Assembly (NCBI GenBank): GCA_025353435.1
Contig: JANXQR010000171.1
Location: 1-37,119 of the forward strand
DNA: 37,119 bases
Reading direction: 5' to 3'
Origin: Acidobacteriota bacterium
Lineage (GTDB): Bacteria > Acidobacteriota > Terriglobia > Terriglobales > Acidobacteriaceae
Both the position numbers and the translations under genes were made by a program. Under the pieces are notes generated by a model. The model did not search any database. It saw only the letters and a program-made list of their open reading frames with translations, and was not told the DNA's origin. This document shows positions 29,687 to 37,119 of the stretch, in pieces (positions within the stretch are counted from its first letter, which is position 1; each line of letters starts with the position of its first letter).

Positions 29687-30835
29687 CTAGACTGCGGCCA
29701 GCGCCTGCTCCAGGTCAGCTATGAGATCTTCCTTGTCTTCGAGGCCAATGGAGAGGCGGATGCGGCCCTCGGTAATGCCCATTTCTTCACGCTCTTGCGC
29801 GGAGACTGAACCGTGCGTGGTGGTAGCCGAGTGCGATGCGAGCGACTCGACGCCGCCGAGCGATTCCGCATTAAGGAAGATCTTGATGGCGCCGAGGAAT
29901 TTGGCGGCGTTGGTACGCGTACCGATGTCGAAGCTCATCATGGAGCCGAAGCCCTTCTGCTGCTTGACGGCGAGAGCATGCTGCGGATGGCTCGCGAGGC
30001 CGGGGTACGCAAGCAGGTTGACCTTGGGGTGCTGCGAGAGGAACTCTGCGACGGCGCGGCCGTTCTCTTCGTGCTGCTTGATGCGGAGAGGCATGGTCTT
30101 GATGCCGCGCAGAACAAGGAAGCACTCAAATGGGGACATGATGCCGCCGGCGGCCTTCTGCACAAAGCTGAAGCGCTCCTTGTGCTCGGGTTTGGAACCG
30201 ATGAGCGCGCCACCGATGCCGTCGGAGTGACCGTTGAGATATTTCGTGGTCGAGTGCATCACGATGTCGGCGCCGAGCGCGATGGGGCTTTGCAATGCGG
30301 GCGACATGAAGGTGTTGTCGACGCTGACTTCGGCGCCTTTGGCGTGCGCCACTTCACTGATGGCAGCGATATCGCTGAGGACCATGAGCGGGTTGCTCGG
30401 GGTTTCGATGTGTACGAGCTTCGTATTGGGCTTGATGGCCGCGGCAACCGCCTTGACGCAGGCCGTGTCGACGTACTCGATCTCGATGCCATAGTGGCTG
30501 ACGATCTGATTGAAGAGGCGCGCGGTGCCGCCGTATACGTCCTTCGAGCAAATCAAATGATCGCCGGTGTGGAGCATGGCCACGAGGCCGGAGATGGCCG
30601 CCATGCCGCTGGTGAAGGCGTGGCCGCTGTGGCCGCCTTCGAGCGCGGCGAGGGCTGTTTCAAGCCGGTCGCGCGTGGGATTGCCGGCGCGGGAGTAGTC
30701 CCAGCCGCGGTCTGTTCCCACGCCGGTTAACTCAAATGTCGAGGAAAGATAGAGCGGCACATTGATCGCTCCCGTGAGGGGATCGGGATGCTGGCCGGCG
30801 TGCACGGCAAGGGTCGAGTATCTGTACTGGGACAT
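29687..30835 (-). CDS. Cystathionine gamma-synthase/gamma-lyase family PLP enzyme
   Basis: YSRAGNPTR, SGMAAI, YGGT, ETPSNP, VDNTF, HSTTKYLNGHSD (PLP Lys), AESLGGVESL, RLSIGLE. Exact specificity (MetB vs MccB) cannot be resolved. Confidence 0.93.
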   Translation of the reverse strand: MSQYRYSTLAVHAGQHPDPLTGAINVPLYLSSTFELTGVGTDRGWDYSRAGNPTRDRLETALAALEGGHSGHAFTSGMAAISGLVAMLHTGDHLICSKDVYGGTARLFNQIVSHYGIEIEYVDTACVKAVAAAIKPNTKLVHIETPSNPLMVLSDIAAISEVAHAKGAEVSVDNTFMSPALQSPIALGADIVMHSTTKYLNGHSDGIGGALIGSKPEHKERFSFVQKAAGGIMSPFECFLVLRGIKTMPLRIKQHEENGRAVAEFLSQHPKVNLLAYPGLASHPQHALAVKQQKGFGSMMSFDIGTRTNAAKFLGAIKIFLNAESLGGVESLASHSATTTHGSVSAQEREEMGITEGRIRLSIGLEDKEDLIADLEQALAAV

Positions 30836-30895
30836 GAAGGATGAAGGCTCCTGGCAGATGGCTTCTAGGTAATAGCTTATCGTGCCGAGGCCCGA

Positions 30896-31267
30896 TCAGC
30901 CGCCGATCGGCAGAGTCAAAAGGACAGTCTTCTTTGTGAAATGGCCCAAGGAGATTGTTACGCGGAGGGGGTTGAAGCCGCGAGCCCTCAGTTCCAGATG
31001 GTGCGAGGTCCCCGACTTTGCTCGAGGGAAGCTGAATCGCCCATTCGGATCTGTCTCGACTGTTGCGAGAACGTGGCTGAAAGTCTGATCGCGCTCCTCC
31101 ACCGTCGCGCCAGCTACAGGCACTCCATCCGGCCCGAGCACGACTCCTGAGAGTGTCCTGGCATGAAAGGGCTTCTCGATTTCCACTGTCTCGACCACAG
31201 CCAGGCTTTTTGCGAGGACCACAAGCAGTAGCGGAATAACGAAAAACAGCCGCCAACAAAGTCTCAA
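30896..31267 (-). CDS. Small secreted carboxypeptidase-regulatory-like (transthyretin-like) domain protein
   Basis: Hydrophobic signal; LSGVVLGPDGVPVAGATV...TDPNGRFSF...LELRARGF. Confidence 0.8.
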   Translation of the reverse strand: MRLCWRLFFVIPLLLVVLAKSLAVVETVEIEKPFHARTLSGVVLGPDGVPVAGATVEERDQTFSHVLATVETDPNGRFSFPRAKSGTSHHLELRARGFNPLRVTISLGHFTKKTVLLTLPIGG

Positions 31268-31358
31268 GTTGGCACCTCGATTACGGTTTTGCTTCGAGTA
31301 TACCGACGGACGTTCGATGTTCCCGGTCCGCGATCGACCCCGCGCCTAAGATTCTCTA

Positions 31359-33755
31359 CTAAGCCGCCTTCTTCGGCGCCTGGGTGAGCAGGTTCTTGAT
31401 AGAGTCGGCACCGAAGCCGAGCGCGATCACGGCGATGGTTCCGGCGAGAAAGTCGAGTTTGCGCAGTTGATCAATTGCGCCCGCTTCGATGCCGGCGAGA
31501 GCCACGCCGAACGCGAGGCCGAAGCGGACGATTTCGACCCATGCGCGCGACCGGCCCTGGCGCTTGCGGGGGTCAAGCTTGATCTGCTCATGAATCTTGG
31601 CGGAGACGGAAACCTCGTCCAGTTTCTGCACGGTTAGCAAAATCCGGGTAGTGAAACCGCGCTTTTGCCGCTTGCGTTTTTGCTGCCATTTCTTCCACTG
31701 TTTTGAGAGCCAGGATCTTTCCTCCTTGTCATGTTTGGTGTGGTGTTGGTGGTCGGCGGACTTGTGCGTCGTTCCTTCGTCGGGTTGATCGCCATCCCAT
31801 CCGAAGACGGTTTCGGGCTCGTTTCCAACGAAGTAGTGGCAGACCTTCGATCCCTCTTCGAACATGTCGCCAGGAAAGGTCCATCGGAAGCTGAGGCAGT
31901 TGAGGGCGGCGGCGTTTTTGAATCGTGGATTGTCGAACGACAAAGAAAAGTAGATAGGCAGGTAGGGCCTGGCACGTTGCGTGTCGAATACGATTCTAGC
32001 CACCGGCTTCTTGTCGACTTCGCGCTTCCAGATCGCCTCAATCACGTCTTCTTCGTAGACGTTCTCGCGCATCTCCTGCACCAGGATGCGGGCCTCACGC
32101 AGACATTTCCAGGAGAGGGTGCCGAGTTGCTCGATGAGCCGGCACTCGCGGGCCATTAAGCGCTCGCAGGCGTCTTTCCCTGCGTTGGGGCATTGGGGGG
32201 TCCCGCCCTTGGCAATGCAGGCGCGCACCATGGCGTAATCCAGGATGATATGACCGGCCGCGATGGCGTGGTCGATGGAGAAGAGCATGGGTGGAACAAT
32301 GTTGGTGGGATCGTCGAATGCGAACCCGAAAAACCTGAAAATTCCGGGGAGGGCGGCCTGCAGATCGGGGTACAAGTCCTTGGGAAATACGGCGAGGCGC
32401 GTGGTCAGTTCCTTGAAGTTGGCCGCGACGCGCTTGGCCTGCTGTGCGCTATCGGCAAGCGCGTCCATCTCGCTGTCGGCCTTGGTGACTAGATTGTTGG
32501 CTTCAGCCAGAACATCGGCCGGGAGGTTGAATGAGTGAAGTTGCTCGCAGGCGGACTGCAGGACCTGGTCGACAACATCGGTTGCGGAAGGCGGCGCGGT
32601 GGCGGCGATGTCTTCAAATCGGTGGCTCAGTTCGTCGATTTGCTCGGCGATGGTGAGGCGCTTGTCGAGTCGGGCGATATCGATGGCGACGGCATCGATT
32701 TTTTCCGCGATGGAGAGCGAATACCAAGTGGCCTCCCTGAGGGCGAACTCGATTTTTTTGCGCTCTAGCCGCAACAGGACGCGGACATAGGAATCGACGC
32801 GATAGGTCACGCTGCTGGTGCGGTCTCCCAATGCGGCAAGCTGCTTTTCGTAAGCGATGCGCTTGAGCATGTTGGGGAGGATGGAATTGGCCAACAGGGA
32901 CAGTATCCCCCCAAGAAGAAGGAAGCCCATAACGTAGAGGGCAAAGAGTGACTCCGTGACCTCCGGGCCAAGGCGATTCATGCGCAGGCTCACCGGGATG
33001 GGATGGAGGTCGAACAGCCGGACGTCAACTCCGGATAGGGTATGCGGCCTCAGCACCAACATGCCGGTCTTGCTTTGGGGACGGAAGAAATCGATGGGAG
33101 AATAAACTTCCTCGCTAGGCTTGAATACGATGCGAGACTCACCACCGGGTGGAAGGGTGGTGATGCCCTTTCCTTCCTCCGTGCCGCCAAGCACGAACCG
33201 CCAGTCAAGAGCGAGATAGTCCTTGCTGCTGTTCTTGAGAGCGATGACTACGGATCGATCGTAGGTAAATTCGAGCGGTTGATCGGAAGTGCCGTGACCT
33301 TCGAGCGCCACGTTGAGAGGTGTATCAACGGCGACCACGCGGAGCGGGCCAAGCGAATCGCCGCCGCTGAACAGCGGAGCTTCCGCGCTCATGGCGCCGG
33401 CCATGCCTGCGATCTCGATTGCGACGTCGACGGATTGGCCGGGTGCGAGGGTGGTTGGCAAGTCGCCGCCAGATTCGGAGACGAATTTCACCTTTGGCGT
33501 TTCAACTCTGGCGTGCGATGTTTCGTCGAGGAAGATGCCGACATCGAGTTTGAGGGGCTGAGCCGAAGATCCGGCATTGGTCAGCTTGAGCCGAGCGGCG
33601 CCAGTTCCGCTTCTGACCACGACCGGCTGAGACGCCACGAGCTTGATTTGAGCTTGCGCCGGGATGCCGGGCCCAAATAGGCCGAGCAATCCGGCAACTG
33701 CCGCAATCGATTTGTGTGCACGAAAAGTGCCAGGACGAGTGCCTTGCGTACCCAT
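31359..33755 (-). CDS. Hypothetical multi-domain membrane protein (798 aa)
   Basis: Long ORF filling the gap between neighbouring genes; signal peptide (AQA-Q), beta-rich N-region, central TM helix, helical region and two C-terminal hydrophobic helices. No family recognised. Confidence 0.82.
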   Translation of the reverse strand: MGTQGTRPGTFRAHKSIAAVAGLLGLFGPGIPAQAQIKLVASQPVVVRSGTGAARLKLTNAGSSAQPLKLDVGIFLDETSHARVETPKVKFVSESGGDLPTTLAPGQSVDVAIEIAGMAGAMSAEAPLFSGGDSLGPLRVVAVDTPLNVALEGHGTSDQPLEFTYDRSVVIALKNSSKDYLALDWRFVLGGTEEGKGITTLPPGGESRIVFKPSEEVYSPIDFFRPQSKTGMLVLRPHTLSGVDVRLFDLHPIPVSLRMNRLGPEVTESLFALYVMGFLLLGGILSLLANSILPNMLKRIAYEKQLAALGDRTSSVTYRVDSYVRVLLRLERKKIEFALREATWYSLSIAEKIDAVAIDIARLDKRLTIAEQIDELSHRFEDIAATAPPSATDVVDQVLQSACEQLHSFNLPADVLAEANNLVTKADSEMDALADSAQQAKRVAANFKELTTRLAVFPKDLYPDLQAALPGIFRFFGFAFDDPTNIVPPMLFSIDHAIAAGHIILDYAMVRACIAKGGTPQCPNAGKDACERLMARECRLIEQLGTLSWKCLREARILVQEMRENVYEEDVIEAIWKREVDKKPVARIVFDTQRARPYLPIYFSLSFDNPRFKNAAALNCLSFRWTFPGDMFEEGSKVCHYFVGNEPETVFGWDGDQPDEGTTHKSADHQHHTKHDKEERSWLSKQWKKWQQKRKRQKRGFTTRILLTVQKLDEVSVSAKIHEQIKLDPRKRQGRSRAWVEIVRFGLAFGVALAGIEAGAIDQLRKLDFLAGTIAVIALGFGADSIKNLLTQAPKKAA

Positions 33756-33910
33756 GCGGAGCCGCTCCTGTTCCGGATCGGGGGAGAACAGTCGATTGGA
33801 AGGTTTTTAATTTCCGCAGGGCTGGGAAGGAACTGCAAAGGGAACGCTGGTCGGCCGTTGAACGGCTCTTGAATCAACAAGATTGTACGCTGGGCGGCAC
33901 GAAAATGGCA

Positions 33911-34975
33911 CTATTCCTGCGGCGCGGTCGGTTTCTTCGTCTTACGCACCACGGGGAAGTAGCCTGTGCGGGTGCGGACGTTGAGCTTGCCCAGACCCTT
34001 GGACTCTGCGCTCACCTGGACTCGCCGAAAGCCAGGCTCGGTGCTCGGCTTGGTGGAGTGATAAACGATGGTGTATTGGCTGCGGATATCGCGCGCAACT
34101 TCGGCGGCAATCTGGTCAACCTGCTCGAGCGATTTTGGGAAGAATGCGATGCCGCCAGTTTCGGTGGAAAGCATCTCCATGGCGCGGCGGGCATGTCGCA
34201 CTTCCGAGTGGCTCATCTCGTCACCAAAAAGCAGGCCGATGGAGTAGATGACCGGCCCGGAAAGTTGCTGCACGCGGCGGATGGTCTGCTCCAGGTTGAG
34301 CGTGGATGCATTGTCTTCGCCGTCGGTGATGAGCACCAGGACCTGCTTGGGTCGCTTGGCATCGATTGACAGCTTGTCTGCCGAGGCCACCACTGCGTCG
34401 TAAAGCGCAGTGCCGCCACGTGACTCAATGTGGCTCAAGCCTTCGCGCAGTTTGTTCACGTTTGAAGTGAACTCCTGGTCGATGAATGCTTCGTCGGAGA
34501 AGTTCACGACGAAAGCTTCGTCCTGAGGATTCGAAGCAGCGATCAGGTCAAGGGCGCTCTTGTTGACCGCAGGGCGCTTCTTCGACATGGAACCGGAGTT
34601 ATCGACCACCAATGCGATTGAAACCGGCAGGTCAGAATGCTGGAAGCTGATGATGGACTGCTTGACGCCGTCCTCAAAGACCTGAAAATCGTCTTTGGTG
34701 AGGGTCTGCACCAGGTGGCCCTTATCGTCGAGGATTGTGGCATTCAACACCACTTCTTCCACGTCGGTATGGAGTATGAACCCGCTGCCCTCCTTCTGCA
34801 CGGTCTCACGTGAAGGCGCTGGGGCGTTTGCATCCGGCGACCGCACCGGATCGCGATCCACCGTGAGCGGAGGCGCTTGATCGGGGGCCGCCGGCTTGGT
34901 GGTCTGTTGCGCTGATAACGAAAGTGCCGCTCCGGCGAGAACGATCGCGAGGAGGGCGTTATTGCAATGGCGCAT
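33911..34975 (-). CDS. Secreted acidobacterial VWFA-related domain protein (intact MIDAS)
   Basis: DNSGS, GGTALYDA, ITDGEDN, ETGG, RTRTGYF and a signal peptide. Start is 34975 or 34993. Confidence 0.9.
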   Translation of the reverse strand: MRHCNNALLAIVLAGAALSLSAQQTTKPAAPDQAPPLTVDRDPVRSPDANAPAPSRETVQKEGSGFILHTDVEEVVLNATILDDKGHLVQTLTKDDFQVFEDGVKQSIISFQHSDLPVSIALVVDNSGSMSKKRPAVNKSALDLIAASNPQDEAFVVNFSDEAFIDQEFTSNVNKLREGLSHIESRGGTALYDAVVASADKLSIDAKRPKQVLVLITDGEDNASTLNLEQTIRRVQQLSGPVIYSIGLLFGDEMSHSEVRHARRAMEMLSTETGGIAFFPKSLEQVDQIAAEVARDIRSQYTIVYHSTKPSTEPGFRRVQVSAESKGLGKLNVRTRTGYFPVVRKTKKPTAPQE

Positions 34976-36038
34976 AGTAGCCGGTGCGTGCATGAACGGT
35001 AAGCGGCGGCAGCCCCTGAGGTGGATTCAACTTGACCTTAACTTTACGCCACTTGCCGTCGCGGCGCATCTCTTTGGGTGTATATCCGATCACGTATTGG
35101 TTGCGCAGCTCGGTTGAGATTTTCTCGGCAATGTCGCTCATTTCGCTCAGGTCGTCGACACGGAACATGCGGCCGCCTGTCTCCTCGCACAGTTCGTTGA
35201 GCAGGATGGGGCCGGAGCGCTCCTCGGGCGTGGCAGCATACGCATCGAAGATGCCGATCGAGTAAATCTCCACATCCGACTCGCGGACCTGGGAGCGAAC
35301 TTCCCCCTCGGTGTAGCGGGAGCGATTGTCGCCGCCATCGGAGACCACCAGCAGGGCCTTGCGCTCGTGGCGTGCGTCCTTCATCTTTGACACACCGTAG
35401 TAGATGGCGTCGAGCAGCGCGGTGCGGTGTCCGCTGCGAACCGTGGCAAGGCGCGCCTGAATGTCCTCCACCGAGTTGGTGAAGTCTTCAATGAGTTCGG
35501 GTCGGTCATTAAAGCCGATCACAAAGAATTCATCCTGCGGATTGGCCGTTTTTACGAACTGCACAATCGACTCGCGCGCACGGATGAGTTTGGAGGTCAT
35601 GGAGCCGCTCAGGTCGAAGATGATGCCGATTGATACCGGGGCATCTTCGCTGGCGAATGTCTTGATCTTCTGCTCCCCGTTGTTCTCGAAGACCTTGAAG
35701 TCCTCCTGCTCGAGGCCGGTCACGAGGCGGTTCATGGGATCGGTCACGGTGATGGGGACCAGGACCATGTCCACATTCATGCGGATCACGCTGCCCGGCC
35801 GCACCTTGCCGGCCGTATCCGCCGCGTTGAGGGCGGGCGCTTCAGTGCCCTTAGGTTCTCCAGGGGCGGTTGTGCTTGTGGAAGGTGGGGGCACGTGCAC
35901 AGTGTTGAGCGGATCGTCCTGGGCTTTGGAAGCTTGGGTACAAAGGAGCGCAACGAAACTCAGCAGGCAAACAGCACCCGAGAATCGAGGGACACACGCG
36001 GTTTGATTGCGAGTCGAGGGTAAAATATCCGTCTTCAT
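34959..36038 (-). CDS. Secreted acidobacterial VWFA-related domain protein (intact MIDAS)
   Basis: DLSGS, TALLDA, VSDGGDN, ETGG, DGKWRKVKV, ARTGYYAP. Start taken at ATG 36038 (uncertain). Confidence 0.9.
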   Translation of the reverse strand: MKTDILPSTRNQTACVPRFSGAVCLLSFVALLCTQASKAQDDPLNTVHVPPPSTSTTAPGEPKGTEAPALNAADTAGKVRPGSVIRMNVDMVLVPITVTDPMNRLVTGLEQEDFKVFENNGEQKIKTFASEDAPVSIGIIFDLSGSMTSKLIRARESIVQFVKTANPQDEFFVIGFNDRPELIEDFTNSVEDIQARLATVRSGHRTALLDAIYYGVSKMKDARHERKALLVVSDGGDNRSRYTEGEVRSQVRESDVEIYSIGIFDAYAATPEERSGPILLNELCEETGGRMFRVDDLSEMSDIAEKISTELRNQYVIGYTPKEMRRDGKWRKVKVKLNPPQGLPPLTVHARTGYYAPLQ

Positions 36039-36251
36039 ACCGCCGCACCGATAAGTAGTGAGTGATGGTAGCACGGCAGACGCGACACGCGCGTGAAGTT
36101 CATCCCACCGCTGTTATCTCTTGACAGGGCAACACCCTGGCCTATTGCGGCGCTGGGATACAATCGAGGCTGGATCCTAAGGCAGTTCTCTCGAAAAAAG
36201 AACGGAACCGGCGGAACTGCCGCCCTTTTCCCACGGAGCAAGTCTTTCCGC

Positions 36252-37119
36252 ATGGCCAACATTTATCCCTTTCGAGCCTGGAGATATAACTCGGGCACTG
36301 TCCGGTTGGAGGCTGTTGTCACCCAACCTTATGACAAAATCTCCCCGGCCATGCAGCAGGCATACTACCAAAGCAGCCCATACAATCTGGTTCGCATTAT
36401 CCTCGGGCTGCCTGAACTCTTCGATGCCGAACGCGGGGAAAGCGTGTACTCCCGCGCGGCCCGGGATTTCCAATCGTGGCGCGAACAGGGAGTCCTGGTC
36501 CAGGAGAAAACTCCCTGCGTGTTTGCTTATTCGCAGCGCTTCCAGGTACCGGGCTCCGATGCGGTAAAAGAACGCCGTGGTTTCATTGCCCTGGGAAAGC
36601 TGCACGACTACGCAGACGGAGTGGTCTTCCGTCATGAACAGACGCTTTCCAAGCCAAAAAGTGATCGACTCAATCTGCTAAAGGCGACGCGGGCGCACTT
36701 TGGCCAGATTTTCATGCTGTATTCCGACCCTGGCTGCAGCGTGGAACAGATTCTTTACGATGGCAACGGATCAGCGGACGCCGAAGTGACCGACGAGTAT
36801 GGTGTGGTCCATCGCATCTGGCGCATCAGCGATCCTTCGGTTATCCGGTTGCTGGTGAGCACCATGGATGACAAAAAGCTGATTATTGCCGACGGCCACC
36901 ACCGGTATGAAACCGCACTCGCCTATTCCAAGGAACACGGCCACGCCGAGGAGTGCAAAACGGAATCAAGCGTAAATCAGTTGCCGCACCCCGCTTTTCC
37001 TGAAGCGGCGGTGATGATGACGTTTGTGAACATGGATGCGGACGGGTTGGTGATTCTGCCGACTCATCGCGTGGTCCACAGCCTGCCTGGGTTCGATCCC
37101 GCGGCGTTTGCAGAGGCTG
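36252..37119 (+). CDS. DUF1015 family protein (runs off the window end)
   Basis: Not in the ORF track. Manual translation: MANIYPFRAWRYN...VVTQPYDKIS...SPYNLVRIIL...VFRHEQTL..PKSDRLNL...IIADGHHRYETAL...ILPTHR. GGAG RBS upstream. Confidence 0.92.
   Translation, partial: MANIYPFRAWRYNSGTVRLEAVVTQPYDKISPAMQQAYYQSSPYNLVRIILGLPELFDAERGESVYSRAARDFQSWREQGVLVQEKTPCVFAYSQRFQVPGSDAVKERRGFIALGKLHDYADGVVFRHEQTLSKPKSDRLNLLKATRAHFGQIFMLYSDPGCSVEQILYDGNGSADAEVTDEYGVVHRIWRISDPSVIRLLVSTMDDKKLIIADGHHRYETALAYSKEHGHAEECKTESSVNQLPHPAFPEAAVMMTFVNMDADGLVILPTHRVVHSLPGFDPAAFAEA

Noticed and set aside
33895-33910. Sigma-54-like CGGCACG-N4-TGGCA
   Set aside because: It deviates at both conserved boxes and points antisense into a gene end with no gene to drive.
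36207-36229. GGCGG-AACTG-CCGCC-CTTTT hairpin as an attenuator before the DUF1015 gene
   Set aside because: The stem is only 5 bp with a short U-tract, and I see no leader peptide or aptamer.

Overview
High-GC bacterial chromosomal segment, most likely from Acidobacteriota (Acidobacteriaceae-like). This is inferred from three acidobacterial-type VWA proteins, an Oar-like TonB-dependent receptor and the XRE family present. About 32 CDSs tile the window. Two are truncated at the edges and missing from the ORF track: a hydantoinase/oxoprolinase A at the left and a DUF1015 protein at the right. Most content is housekeeping or envelope related: kdsC, purH, dgt, psd-pssA, tsaB-rimI, a trans-sulfuration PLP enzyme, a DHA2 MFS pump, a rhomboid and a TPR protein. 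There is also one VapBC-type toxin-antitoxin pair. I see no rRNA, tRNA, CRISPR array, transposase or prophage gene. The most unusual signals are: (1) an Oar-like receptor whose plug region appears replaced by a disordered Gly/Phe (FG-repeat) segment, followed closely by a VWA protein with a degenerate MIDAS; (2) an Asd-fold protein without the catalytic Cys, attached to the psd-pssA operon; (3) a 798-aa orphan Ig/TM/helical/PKD-like membrane protein; (4) a GTAG-type REP hairpin that supplies the stop codon of an ankyrin gene; (5) repeated leaderless-promoter architecture; (6) a decayed secreted-protein remnant and several operator-like palindromes. All family calls come from motif recognition by eye, with no database searches.
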